DNA of 64,000 nucleotides from contig CAVYTU010000017.1 in assembly GCA_963771465.1 (NCBI GenBank), positions 1,024,001-1,088,000 of the forward strand. Reading direction: 5' to 3'. A program made the translations under genes and the position numbers. The stretch comes from an uncultured delta proteobacterium (GTDB lineage Bacteria > Desulfobacterota > Binatia > UBA9968). Below the pieces are notes generated by a model that saw only the letters and a list, made by a program, of their open reading frames with translations, was not told where the DNA came from and did no database searches. Shown one piece after another: positions 27,572 to 37,413 of the stretch. Every line of letters begins with the position of its first letter. Position 1 is the stretch's first letter.

Positions 27572-30289
27572 ATGGACGCAGTCGCCATCTCATTAGGCCT
27601 GCTCAACGATACCAAGGTCGAACCCGACTTAAAGAGTCTGGCCAAGGGTTATCTTGAACGGGGTCGAGCGCTACTATTCGAAAGACATCGGCAGGGCGCC
27701 GGCGGGCTCGAAGTGTGCGCGGCGTTTTCTACCGTGATGGATCATCTCATTCGTCACCTGCTGGGCGCGATCAGCGGCGATGTGCTCTATCGTTTTCCCG
27801 GCCAAACGCCGCGATTCGCCATCATCGCGCAGGGCGGCTACGGGCGTGGCGAGCTTAATCCGCAGTCCGATATCGATTTACTTTTCCTGCACACTTGGAA
27901 AGTCACGCCATTTGTCGAAAGTCTTACCGAAAGGCTGCTCTACACCCTGTACGATAGCGGTCTACAGGTCGGTCACGCTTTGCGCACCATTTCCGACTGC
28001 GTGCGTCTGGCCGAGAGCGACATGAAGATCCGCACGTCGTTGTTGGACGCGCGCTTTTTGTGCGGCGACTTTACGCTCTACGGCGAGTTCGAGAAGACCG
28101 TGGAGAATAAACTACTCAAAAAGAGCATCGCTCGGTTCGTCCGGGAAAAACAGGATGAAAGCCGGCTGCGCCATGAATCTTACGGCGGTTCGATCTATCT
28201 GCTCGAACCGGAAGTTAAAGAAGGCGAAGGCGGCTTGCGCGATGTCCAGACCGCGCGCTGGATCGCCCGCGCCAAGCTCAAAGCAAAAGATTTAGACACT
28301 CTGGCGCTCAATGGGATTGTCAGCGCTAGCGACGTGGCCAATCTCAAGGAGTCGCAGGATTTTCTCCTCAGGGTGCGCAACGAACTGCATTTTTCCACCG
28401 GCAGGCATCAAGATCAGCTGACCTTCGAGCATCAAGAGAATGTGGCGGGCGCGCTCGGTTTTACCGGGGAAGGGAGTTTGCGCGCCGTCGAAGTCTTCAT
28501 GCGCACGTATTATCTGCATGCGGCGCAGATCGGCCGGCTTTCGAGTCTGATCATCCATCGGGTTACCGAGAGTGATAAGCCGCGTTTTACCGATAAGCTC
28601 AGTTTCGGGCGGGTTCTGCGCGAGGGCATTCGCCTGACGCGCGGCCATATCATCGTAACCAAACCGGAAGTGATCGCGGCGCACCCGGAAAATTTAATTT
28701 CGATATTCGATGATGCGCAAAAATATGGCTGCCGGTTGAGCCATGAGACGCTCGAATGTTTGCGCCAGCATTTACCTCTCATCGACGACGATCTACGCCG
28801 CTCGGCGGCGGCCAACGAGCAGTTTTTCACCATTCTCAAATGGAAGGAAAGCGTTTACGAGACGCTGTTGCTCATGCATCGCAGCGGCGTGCTCGGCGCG
28901 TTTATCCCAGAGTTTGGCCGGCTCCTTTGTATGGCGCTGCACGACGCTTACCATATTTACACGGTCGACGAGCATTCGTTGAAACTGATCCAGGAAATCG
29001 AACGGCTCAAGGCCGGCGACTATATCGACGCGCTGCCCCTGCTCACCCAAATCGCCCGGGAGACGGAAAAGATCGAGCTCTTGTATCTCGGCATGATGTT
29101 CCACGATATCGGCAAGGGTTTCGGCGGCGGCCATTCGGAGCGCGGCGCCAAGATGGTTCGGCCCATCGCCCGGCGCTTGCGTCTCAATGCCGACGACGGC
29201 GCCATGGTGGAGTTTCTCGTGCTGCATCATTTGCTGATGACCCACACGGCGTTTCGACGCGATTTGGAAGATGAAAAAACCATCTTCGAATTCGCCAAGA
29301 CCATGGGCAATGTCAACAATCTCAAGATGCTTTATTTGCTCACCTTCGCCGATGTCAAAGCGGTGGGGCCGGAAGTTTGGAATCCGTGGAAAGCCTCGCT
29401 GCTGGGCGAACTCTACGTCAAGGCGCTGCATTTACTCGAAGAGGTCGAGAAGGGCGAGTTTCAACGCGAGGACGTGCGCGCGGTGATACGGCGGGTGCAG
29501 AACCGGGTGCGTAAGCAACTCAAAGAAAGCCACGACGACGAAAAGGTCGAGCGCTTTATGGAAACTATGCCAGAGCGATATTTTGTCTCAACCCCGGAAA
29601 GCGATATCGCGGACCATTTCGAGTTGATGGACAAGTTTCGCGGCAAGAAAGTCGAAATATCAGTGCAACATTTTCCCGAGCGGGATTGTACTTCGGTAGT
29701 GATCTGTTCGCAGGACCGGCCTGGACTGTTTGCCTCCATCACCGGCGTTTTGAGTGCGCTGAGTTTGGATATTCTCAACGCCCGTATATTTACCGCCAGC
29801 GACGGCCGGATTCTCGATGTCTTTCGGATTTCGCACCATGGCCGCGCCGAGCTTGTTATGGCGGAACAGAAGTGGAATCGCTTTCGTGCGCTGCTGGACC
29901 AAGTTCTAGACGGCAAGATCGATGTCGCCAAGCTGGTCGAATCATCCAAGCCGACATTCTATCTGCAAAGGCACGCGCCGAAGGTTTCCACTGTGGTCAA
30001 TATTGATAATGACGTGTCGGACGATTTTACTGTCATCGAAATATTCACCGAGGACCGCATTGGCGTGCTGTTCAGAATCACCTACAGCTTGCACCAACTC
30101 GGCTTGTCGATTCATGTCGCAAAGATTTCGACCAACGTCGATCAGGTCGCCGACGTATTTTACGTCACCGATCAATCCGGCGCTAAATTGAGCGATGCCG
30201 AAGATCTCGAGAGCGTCAGAATCTTTTTGCGCGAAACTCTCGCCCCACAAGGTGCCAGTGGTGAACGAATCGCTCAGCTCCTACATTGA
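27572..30289 (+). CDS. glnD: [Protein-PII] uridylyltransferase
   Basis: GGYGRGEL.P.SDIDL, EPEVKEGEGGLRD, YHIYTVDEH, HDIGKG, two ACT domains (DRPGLF, DRIGVL). Confidence 0.97.
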   Translation: MDAVAISLGLLNDTKVEPDLKSLAKGYLERGRALLFERHRQGAGGLEVCAAFSTVMDHLIRHLLGAISGDVLYRFPGQTPRFAIIAQGGYGRGELNPQSDIDLLFLHTWKVTPFVESLTERLLYTLYDSGLQVGHALRTISDCVRLAESDMKIRTSLLDARFLCGDFTLYGEFEKTVENKLLKKSIARFVREKQDESRLRHESYGGSIYLLEPEVKEGEGGLRDVQTARWIARAKLKAKDLDTLALNGIVSASDVANLKESQDFLLRVRNELHFSTGRHQDQLTFEHQENVAGALGFTGEGSLRAVEVFMRTYYLHAAQIGRLSSLIIHRVTESDKPRFTDKLSFGRVLREGIRLTRGHIIVTKPEVIAAHPENLISIFDDAQKYGCRLSHETLECLRQHLPLIDDDLRRSAAANEQFFTILKWKESVYETLLLMHRSGVLGAFIPEFGRLLCMALHDAYHIYTVDEHSLKLIQEIERLKAGDYIDALPLLTQIARETEKIELLYLGMMFHDIGKGFGGGHSERGAKMVRPIARRLRLNADDGAMVEFLVLHHLLMTHTAFRRDLEDEKTIFEFAKTMGNVNNLKMLYLLTFADVKAVGPEVWNPWKASLLGELYVKALHLLEEVEKGEFQREDVRAVIRRVQNRVRKQLKESHDDEKVERFMETMPERYFVSTPESDIADHFELMDKFRGKKVEISVQHFPERDCTSVVICSQDRPGLFASITGVLSALSLDILNARIFTASDGRILDVFRISHHGRAELVMAEQKWNRFRALLDQVLDGKIDVAKLVESSKPTFYLQRHAPKVSTVVNIDNDVSDDFTVIEIFTEDRIGVLFRITYSLHQLGLSIHVAKISTNVDQVADVFYVTDQSGAKLSDAEDLESVRIFLRETLAPQGASGERIAQLLH

Positions 30290-31181
30290 TTCCTTTCTTT
30301 CCATGGCGAGCGTGGAGAAGGGGCTGGCGAAAAATACCATCGAGGCCTACAGCCGCGATTTGAACCGGCTCGCCGATTTTCTTATCAGACAAGGGATTGG
30401 CTCTTGGCCCAAAGTTGAGTCCGTTCATCTGCGCTCCTATCTTGCCGCGCTCAAGAGTGCCGGATTGAGCCCGCGCAGCGTGGCGCGCCATGTCGTGACC
30501 CTGCGCCGGCTTTATCGTTTTCTCGAAACCGAAGGCTTAGTCAACGAGAGTCCGGTGCCGCGGCTATTGTATTCGGCGCAGACTCGCAAACTGCCCCAGA
30601 CGCTCTCTGTGGCTGATGTGCGCACACTCTTGAACCAGCCAGACGATAAGGAAATGCTCGGCGCGCGCGATCAGGCGATGCTGGAATTACTCTACGCCAG
30701 CGGCCTTCGAGTGTCGGAATTGATAACGTTACGCACCCAGCAGGTCAATTTCCAAGGCAACTATCTGACCGTCAAAGGCAAAGGTGCTAAGGTTCGCGCC
30801 GTGCCCTTCGGTCAATGGGCGCGGCAGAAACTGTCGCGTTATCTAAACGATGTCCGGCCACGATTGCTCAAGGGCAAGTCCAGTTCGTATCTCTTCGTCA
30901 ACCGCGGCGGGCAAGGGCTCACTCGCCAGGGATTTTGGAAGCTGATTCGCCGCTATGCCTTGCTTGCCGGCATCGATAAGCGAGTCACGCCGCACACACT
31001 GCGCCATTCGTTTGCGACCCATTTGCTCGAAGGCGGCGCCGACTTGCGCGCGGTGCAGACGATGCTCGGCCACGCCGACATTTCGACGACGCAGATTTAT
31101 ACCCATGTCGACGGCGCCCGGCTCAAAGCGGTGCACCAGAAGTTTCATCCGCGCGAACGGCAAAGTGGCAAAACGGGGTGA
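30261..31181 (+). CDS. xerD: Site-specific tyrosine recombinase XerD
   Basis: EKGLAKNT..AY..DL, RD.AMLELLYASGLRVSEL, TRQGFW, PHTLRHSFATHLL.GGADLR.VQ.MLGH..ISTTQIYTHV. Confidence 0.93.
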   Translation: MNESLSSYIDSFLSMASVEKGLAKNTIEAYSRDLNRLADFLIRQGIGSWPKVESVHLRSYLAALKSAGLSPRSVARHVVTLRRLYRFLETEGLVNESPVPRLLYSAQTRKLPQTLSVADVRTLLNQPDDKEMLGARDQAMLELLYASGLRVSELITLRTQQVNFQGNYLTVKGKGAKVRAVPFGQWARQKLSRYLNDVRPRLLKGKSSSYLFVNRGGQGLTRQGFWKLIRRYALLAGIDKRVTPHTLRHSFATHLLEGGADLRAVQTMLGHADISTTQIYTHVDGARLKAVHQKFHPRERQSGKTG

Positions 31182-31235
31182 CGGATTCGGATTCGGAATA
31201 TTAGCCGCAAAGAGCGCAAAAGGGGATCGGAATAA

Positions 31236-32336
31236 ATGTTATTTCTCAACAACGATGACGTTAAACAAGTTTTGACCATGGAAGTTACGATGGACGCGCT
31301 GGACAAGGCGTATCGCGAGCTGGCGCGCCAAGAGGCGGTGTGTCGGCCGCGCATCGATATTCAGATTCCGACCAAGGATGCTGAAAAAATTTATCAGTGG
31401 GGCACCATGGAAGGCGGCTCCATGTCCGGCTACTTCGCGATTCGCATGAAGTCGGACGTGATTTACGAGCAAGAATATCAAGGCGCGATCACCCAGGAAA
31501 AATATTGCGTGCGGCCGGGAAGTTTCTGCGGCTTGATTCTCCTCAATAGTATCGAGAATGGCGAGCCGCTGGCACTGATCAACGATGGTTACTTGCAGCA
31601 TATGCGGGTTGGCGCCGACTCCGGCATCGGCGCCAAATACATGGCGCGCGAAGATGCCACGGTGGTCGGCATGATCGGTTCCGGCGGCATGGCGCGCTCC
31701 CATGTCGATTCATTTCTACAGGCGCGCCAGATCAAAAAAATTCAAGTCTACAGCCCGACCAAGGCCAATCGTGAGGCCTACGCCAAGGAGATCAGCGAAA
31801 ATTACGGCCTCGATGTTATTCCGATGAACCATCCTCGCGACGTCTACAAAGGCGCCCATATCGTCGCCGGTTGCACCGATTCGGCCGTACCGATCGTCAT
31901 CGGCAAATGGCTGGAGGAAGGCACTCATGTGACGTGTGTTGGCGGCAAGCCCGACGACGACACGTTAAAACGGATCGACGTTTCGCTTCGACTGGGCAAC
32001 GCGCCGGCGCCGTGGGGCCTGCCGGATTTTGGCCTGGCAGACGAATACATCACCTACGCGGCCAAACCTAAGGAGAACGCCGGTTTTCAAATGAAACGCG
32101 CCGGCAAGCGCGCCCATGGCGTAATCGCCGAGGAGCGGGCGGTGTTCTTCGCGGATATTTTGAGCGGCGCAAAAAAGGGGCGGACTGGTGCAAAGCAAAT
32201 CACCTATTCCGAGCGCGGCAACATCCAAGGCGCGCAGTTCTTCGCCGTGGCCGGCAAAGTTTATGAGCTGGCGAAAGCGCGCGGGCTCGGCAGAGAAATG
32301 CCCACCGAATGGTTCCTGCAGGATATTCGAGATTAA
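31236..32336 (+). CDS. Ornithine cyclodeaminase/mu-crystallin family protein
   Basis: G.PLA......L..MRVGA, IGSGGMA, YSPT; paralog of 48887-50018. Confidence 0.85.
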   Translation: MLFLNNDDVKQVLTMEVTMDALDKAYRELARQEAVCRPRIDIQIPTKDAEKIYQWGTMEGGSMSGYFAIRMKSDVIYEQEYQGAITQEKYCVRPGSFCGLILLNSIENGEPLALINDGYLQHMRVGADSGIGAKYMAREDATVVGMIGSGGMARSHVDSFLQARQIKKIQVYSPTKANREAYAKEISENYGLDVIPMNHPRDVYKGAHIVAGCTDSAVPIVIGKWLEEGTHVTCVGGKPDDDTLKRIDVSLRLGNAPAPWGLPDFGLADEYITYAAKPKENAGFQMKRAGKRAHGVIAEERAVFFADILSGAKKGRTGAKQITYSERGNIQGAQFFAVAGKVYELAKARGLGREMPTEWFLQDIRD

Positions 32337-32339
32337 CAA

Positions 32340-32403
32340 CGTGTTCGTGTTCGTGGCTCGTGTTCGTTAAGATCCGGTGCACGATCGCGAGCGACGATCA
32401 CGA
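32340..32403. repeat. Hexamer-tandem hairpin (CGTGTT/CACGAT)
   Basis: cgtgttcgtgttcgtggctcgtgttcg...cacgatcgcgagcgacgatcacga. Confidence 0.6.
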
Positions 32404-32420
32404 CTCCGAGGGAGCATCCA

Positions 32421-33413
32421 ATGCGGCGATTCTGCGGTTTCGTTGTTGTAATCATATTACTGCTCTTTCACGCTAACGGTTTCGCCCAGAGCAAGTTTCT
32501 CATGGGCTACTCTTCCTTCAGCTCTAACCAAACTCCTCTGTGGGTTGCCAAGGAAGAAGGATTGTTCCAGCGCTACGGCAGCGAGCCCGACTTGATTCTG
32601 ATTGAGGGCGGCACCCGCGGCGCACAGGCGCTGATCTCCGGCGATCTTCCGATCATGGGCATGTCCGGTCAGCCCGTGATCAGCGCGCGGGCGCGCGGCG
32701 CCGATCTGACGATGATCGCCGGCGTGGTCAATAAGATGAATTACATCATGGTCAGTTCCGCCGCGGTGAAGCGACCGGAAGATTTGAAGGGCAAACGGAT
32801 CGGCGCGGCGCAAGCTGGAACTGCTTCCTATCACGCCGTGCTGCTCGGCTTGAAACACTGGGGGCTCGACGCGCGGCGCGACAAGATCACAATTCTCCAA
32901 CTCGGCAATCAAGCCGCGCGGGTCGGCTCGCTACAATCCGGCGGCAGCGACGCGGTCATCGTCAATCCCGGCCTCGGCCCGTCACTCAAGGAACGAGGCG
33001 GCTTTCTTCTCGCAGATTTCACCGAGCTACCGATCGCCTACCCGCAACAGACGATCTGCGTGCGCGAGCGCTTGATCAAGAGCGATGGCGATTTCGTCGA
33101 ACGGGTTTTGAGAGGCGTGCTGGCAGGAAACAGTTTCAGTCTCGATCCCAAAAACAAGCAGCGCGTCAAACAAATCATCGCCAAATACTTGCGCCTCGAT
33201 TCGGTGGATAAAGCGGAGGAGCATTATCAATCGGCGCTCAAAGTGTTGGCGCCAAAGCCGTATGTCGATGTAGCCGGCATCGTGGCGATGATCGAGTTTA
33301 TCGCCGAAGCCGATCCGCTGGTGGCGAAGGTGAAACCGGAGAATGTGATCAATCACACGATTCTCAAAAAACTCGACGACAGCGGATTCGTCGATCAGTT
33401 GTCGAAGCGGTGA
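32421..33413 (+). CDS. ABC substrate-binding protein, NMT1/SsuA family
   Basis: Signal peptide, PLWVAKEEGLF, DLKGKRIG, LDDSGFVD. Confidence 0.87.
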   Translation: MRRFCGFVVVIILLLFHANGFAQSKFLMGYSSFSSNQTPLWVAKEEGLFQRYGSEPDLILIEGGTRGAQALISGDLPIMGMSGQPVISARARGADLTMIAGVVNKMNYIMVSSAAVKRPEDLKGKRIGAAQAGTASYHAVLLGLKHWGLDARRDKITILQLGNQAARVGSLQSGGSDAVIVNPGLGPSLKERGGFLLADFTELPIAYPQQTICVRERLIKSDGDFVERVLRGVLAGNSFSLDPKNKQRVKQIIAKYLRLDSVDKAEEHYQSALKVLAPKPYVDVAGIVAMIEFIAEADPLVAKVKPENVINHTILKKLDDSGFVDQLSKR

Positions 33414-33561
33414 TGAGGACTCGCCTGTCGAGCGCCATCGTTTAGACGGCCTAGCGCCACGAAGTAAATGGAAGAGTCGACCGACCATGGGCAGACAAAA
33501 ACGTGAACGCGGTCCGTTTGGACTCTATGTTTGAATTCCTGCCGCACAAGGAGAATGTCAC

Positions 33562-33924
33562 GTGAACCATCGCAACCTTCTTTCAAACCTGCATTATCGT
33601 GGTCTCGTACGAGCGACCCGACGGAATTATCATGTGTTCGAAGGGCCGCAGGTCTTCGTCGTTCTGTCCCCAAGACCCGGCGGCCACGGAGGCAACTACC
33701 ACGTTATTGAGCGGCAGGCGCTCAATTACATTCTCAGCAGAGTGGGTGGCAATCGGTCAATCACCACTAAGGAAGTGCGTGACGCGTGCCGGCGCTCTAA
33801 ATTCCTCCAGGACCGCTTTGCTGTGCTCAACGCTCTGTATGCCCTCGCAGGGATCAAGAAGGCACGTATCACCAGCATGAGGGGTCAGTCACTCGTTTTC
33901 TCTGTGTCGAAGGGCGCCGTCTGA
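33562..33924 (+). CDS. Hypothetical basic protein (cassette cargo)
   Basis: 120-aa ORF with AAGGAG RBS; its TGA lies inside the attC R'' box. Confidence 0.65.
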   Translation: MNHRNLLSNLHYRGLVRATRRNYHVFEGPQVFVVLSPRPGGHGGNYHVIERQALNYILSRVGGNRSITTKEVRDACRRSKFLQDRFAVLNALYALAGIKKARITSMRGQSLVFSVSKGAV

Positions 33925-34002
33925 CAACGCGCCGAAGCCGTCGTGCCCACCGTGCGTGGTAACGTGTGACCGCAGCGCGCGGCTCAGCGCGAATCGTTAC
34001 TC
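33919..34002 (+). other. attC-like recombination site
   Basis: R'' GTCTGAC, L'' cgcgccgaagccg, L' cggctcagcgcg (one extra base on the left), R' GTTACTC; 84 bp. Confidence 0.65.
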
Positions 34003-34183
34003 CCAAGCTATTTCCGCCGCGGCGTTTTGGCCGGCGATTTTTCCGGCGGCGGCGAAGTAGAGACGCGGGATCGGTGTTTCGTCAGGTCGAGAATGCGCTG
34101 ATCAACGTCAGTACGACGAATTAGTCGTCGGTCATTTCTTCGAAGTGTTTTTTGAGTCGACGTCAGGCCAACTTCTTTGCATC

Positions 34184-34220
34184 TGCCCATCTTTTGGGCG
34201 GCGTGCCTAACTCCTAAGCA
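34184..34220. promoter_or_regulatory. Two tandem NtrC-like enhancer boxes
   Basis: TGCCCATCTTTTGGGCG (34184-34200) and TGCCTAACTCCTAAGCA (34204-34220), 17-bp dyads 20 bp apart. Confidence 0.65.
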
Positions 34221-34305
34221 ATCGCCTGTTTGTTAATCTCTCGCACAGTCTGTTGACGTCGAACAACTGATTGAATTCGTTCGACTCGTGTTTCACGAAA
34301 CGTCG

Positions 34306-34321
34306 TGGCACGGCCGTTGCT
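34306..34321 (+). promoter_or_regulatory. Sigma54 (-24/-12) promoter of the cyanate operon
   Basis: TGGCAC-GGCCG-TTGCT, exact consensus spacing. Confidence 0.88.
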
Positions 34322-34346
34322 CCAACACACTTAGGGTAAGGAGGGT

Positions 34347-35678
34347 GTGATGTTGGGGAAAAATAAGCAACCAATGTTGGATTCCATCGCAGATCGATCG
34401 AAGCAATCCGCGAACGCCGAAAGCTTGATCGATCAAAAGGTCGAAGAGGCGGTTACGCACGCTGTTTTCGGCTCTGACCTAAGGCGCCGAGAATTTATTC
34501 GCTACGTCGGTGTTGGCGGTGCCACGGCGATTCTCAATTCGATTTTTCCCATGGGCGCGGCGAAAGCTCTGGCTCAGGGTAAGACGGGACCGATCGAAAA
34601 AAAGGAGCTTAAGGTCGGCTTTATCCCGATTACCTGCGCGACACCGATCATCATGGCCGAGCCGATGGGGTTCTATAAAAAACACGGCCTCGATGTTCAA
34701 GTGCACAAAGCCTCCGGTTGGGCGATGATCCGCGATCTGTCCATCAACGGCGAGACCGACGCGACGCATATGTTGACGCCGATGCCGCTGGCGATCAGCA
34801 TGGGCACGGGCTCCCAGTCGGTGCCCTTCGTCATGCCGGCGATCGAAAACATCAACGGTCAGGCGATCACCCTCGCCAACAAACACAAAGGCGTCAAAGA
34901 AGCCAAGGAGATGAAAGGTTTTAAGTTTTGCGTCCCCTTTGACTACTCGATGCATAATTTTCTGCTGCGCTATTTCCTCGCCGAAGGCGGTATCGATCCC
35001 GATAAGGACGTGCAGATTCGCGTCGTGCCGCCGGCCGAGATGGTGGCGAACTTGAGAGCGGGCAACGTCGACGGCTATCTCGCGCCGGATCCGTTCAATC
35101 AGCGCGCCGTGTATGAAGGCGAAGGTTTCATTTTCATGCTCAGCAAAGACATCTGGCCGGGCCATCCGTGCTGCGCCTTTGCCACGCGCAAAGACTTCGC
35201 CGAAAAAAATCCCAACACGTTTCAGGCGCTCTTCAAAGCCATCGTCGACGCCACCCAATACGCTCACGACGCCGGGCACCGCAAGGAAATCGCCAAAGCG
35301 ATTGCACCGCGCAACTTCTTAAACCAGCCGGTGGAGCTGCTCGAACAGGTTTTAACCGGCGTGTATCCCGACGGCTTGGGAAACACCAAGAATGTGCCGG
35401 ACCGCATCGACTTCGATCCGTTCCCGTATCATTCCATGGCGATTTGGATTCTCACACAGATGAAACGCTGGGGTTATATCAAGCAAGATGTCGACTACAA
35501 AAAACTCGCCCAAGAAGTCTACCTGGCGTCGGGCTGCCGCGAAGTCATGAAGTCACTCAGCTACAAGGCGCCGGCGCAGGATTCGACCAAGCACCAGTTT
35601 ACCTTTGGCAAAAATAAAACTTTCGATCCCAATGCTCCCGCGGAATACATTCGTTCGTTCCCGATTCGCCGGGCCTAA
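34347..35678 (+). CDS. cynA: CmpA/NrtA/CynA family ABC substrate-binding protein (probably cyanate)
   Basis: Twin-Arg RRREF, GFIPITCATPIIMA, NGQAITL, PF.YSMHN, HPCC; operon ends in cyanase. Confidence 0.85.
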   Translation: MMLGKNKQPMLDSIADRSKQSANAESLIDQKVEEAVTHAVFGSDLRRREFIRYVGVGGATAILNSIFPMGAAKALAQGKTGPIEKKELKVGFIPITCATPIIMAEPMGFYKKHGLDVQVHKASGWAMIRDLSINGETDATHMLTPMPLAISMGTGSQSVPFVMPAIENINGQAITLANKHKGVKEAKEMKGFKFCVPFDYSMHNFLLRYFLAEGGIDPDKDVQIRVVPPAEMVANLRAGNVDGYLAPDPFNQRAVYEGEGFIFMLSKDIWPGHPCCAFATRKDFAEKNPNTFQALFKAIVDATQYAHDAGHRKEIAKAIAPRNFLNQPVELLEQVLTGVYPDGLGNTKNVPDRIDFDPFPYHSMAIWILTQMKRWGYIKQDVDYKKLAQEVYLASGCREVMKSLSYKAPAQDSTKHQFTFGKNKTFDPNAPAEYIRSFPIRRA

Positions 35679-35698
35679 AGGAAGTCGAGGCATTCATC

Positions 35699-36502
35699 AT
35701 GGAGCAAATCGGTGTCCTATCGGGACGAATGCGGGCGATCCTATCTTCAGCCGTCCTACTGACAATCTTTCTCGCTATTTGGCAAGTCTCGGTGAAATCG
35801 ACCTTGCCAGGCGCAAAGGCCGAAGGGCTGCCGGGTCCGGTGGCCGTAGCGACCCGTGCCTGGGAAATGATCTCGGATCCCTTTTACGATAACGGACCCA
35901 ACGACAAGGGTATCGGCATTCAACTCGGTTACAGCGTCGGTAGGCTTACGATTGGTTACAGCGCCGCGGCATTGGTGGCGATCTTCATGGGCGTCATGTT
36001 GGGTTTGTCGCCGGGTTTATACCGGGCGCTCAATCCCTACATCCAGGTATTGAAACCGATCTCACCGCTGGCTTGGATGCCGCTGTTTCTTTACACGATC
36101 AAAGATTCGACGCAGTCGGCGATCATGGTGATCTTCATGTCATCGCTGTGGCCGATTTTGGCGAACACGGCCTTCGGCGTCGCCGGCATTAAACGGGATT
36201 ATCTCAATGTCTCCGCTCTGCTTCAGCTCTCTTGGTTCAAACGGCTTTGGAAAGTTATTCTTCCCGCTGCCGCCCCGGCGATCGTCGCTGGTTTACGAAT
36301 CTCCATCGGCAGCGCGTGGGTCGCCATCGTCGCGGCGGAAATGCTCATCGGCGGCACCGGCATCGGCTACTTCGTCTGGAACGAGTGGAATAACCTGCAA
36401 CTCACCAGCGTGATCTTCGCGATTCTGCTTACCGGATTTGTCGGACTTGTCTTGGATTTCGGCTTCGCCAGCTTGGCGAAAACCTTGACCTACAAGGAGT
36501 AG
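35699..36502 (+). CDS. cynB: Nitrate/cyanate ABC permease
   Basis: PFYDNGPNDKGIG, LKPISPLAW.P, IVAAEML.GGTGIG.FVWNEWN. Confidence 0.87.
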   Translation: MEQIGVLSGRMRAILSSAVLLTIFLAIWQVSVKSTLPGAKAEGLPGPVAVATRAWEMISDPFYDNGPNDKGIGIQLGYSVGRLTIGYSAAALVAIFMGVMLGLSPGLYRALNPYIQVLKPISPLAWMPLFLYTIKDSTQSAIMVIFMSSLWPILANTAFGVAGIKRDYLNVSALLQLSWFKRLWKVILPAAAPAIVAGLRISIGSAWVAIVAAEMLIGGTGIGYFVWNEWNNLQLTSVIFAILLTGFVGLVLDFGFASLAKTLTYKE

Positions 36503-36505
36503 ACC

Positions 36506-37354
36506 ATGGCGTTTCTCGAAGTCGAGTATGTCAGCAAATTTTTTCCCGAGGCGGGCGGCCGACAGCTTTGCGTATTTAAAGATGTTCGTTTGCACATCGA
36601 GAAAAGCGAGTTCGTTACCACGGTCGGCCACTCGGGCTGCGGCAAGAGCACGTTACTAAACATCATCGCCGGGTTGGAAAAGGCCAGCGCGGGCGCGATC
36701 ATCTTGGACGGTAAGGAAACCGACACTCCCGGCCTCGACCGCATGGTGGTGTTCCAGAATTTCTCGCTGCTGCCTTGGATGAGCGTCTACGAAAATATCC
36801 ATCTGGCAGTGAAGGCGGCGTTTTCCGACTGGCCGGCGCAAAAGATCAATGACTACGTGCAGCGCTATATCAATATGGTCGGCCTGGCCGGCTCGGAACA
36901 TAAAAAACCGGCGGCGCTCTCGGGCGGCATGCGGCAAAGAGTGGGACTGGCGCGCGCCTTCGCGGTGCAGCCGAAGGTGCTTTTGCTCGACGAGCCGTTT
37001 GCGCAGATCGACGCTCTGACTCGCGGCACGATTCAGGACGAGCTCATGCGCATGTGGACGGCGACGCGGAATACCGTCTTCATGGTCACCCATGATGTCG
37101 AGGAGGCGATCCTGCTCTCCGACAAGATCGCTTTGATGACCAGCGGCCCGTCGGCCGAGCTGGCGGAAGTGGTGGAGATCAAGTTTCCCCGGCCGAGGGT
37201 GCGCGAGGAAATTTTGGATCTGCCTGAGTTTATACGCATCAAGAAACATATCATTCAGTTCCTCAAGAACTGCGCGCGCGAACACCCTGTTGAAAGCTCG
37301 ACACCCAATGCCGATGCGTTGATTGTCGCCCAGCAGATCGGCGTCGAAACGTGA
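36506..37354 (+). CDS. cynD: Nitrate/cyanate ABC ATP-binding protein
   Basis: GHSGCGKST, LSGGMRQR, LLLDEPF, VTHD. Confidence 0.87.
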   Translation: MAFLEVEYVSKFFPEAGGRQLCVFKDVRLHIEKSEFVTTVGHSGCGKSTLLNIIAGLEKASAGAIILDGKETDTPGLDRMVVFQNFSLLPWMSVYENIHLAVKAAFSDWPAQKINDYVQRYINMVGLAGSEHKKPAALSGGMRQRVGLARAFAVQPKVLLLDEPFAQIDALTRGTIQDELMRMWTATRNTVFMVTHDVEEAILLSDKIALMTSGPSAELAEVVEIKFPRPRVREEILDLPEFIRIKKHIIQFLKNCAREHPVESSTPNADALIVAQQIGVET

Positions 37355-37413
37355 GATGGCGCATACGTAGCAGCTCAATGAGCTTATATTAATTAGTGAG
37401 GAGGTAAGGAAAA

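Larger units (their letters stand above)
33440..34002 (+). mobile_element. Decayed solitary integron gene cassette
   Basis: Starts GTTTAGAC after an attC right-end remnant (gagcgccatc); ends in an attC-like site at 33919-34002. Confidence 0.65.

Noticed and set aside
30261-31181. Tyrosine recombinase as the integron integrase for the cassette at 33440
   Set aside because: It has typical XerD length and motifs, lacks the IntI-specific insertion, and overlaps glnD in a housekeeping run.
34008-34190. 60-aa minus-strand ORF
   Set aside because: No recognisable domain or RBS, and it overlaps the NtrC-like boxes.
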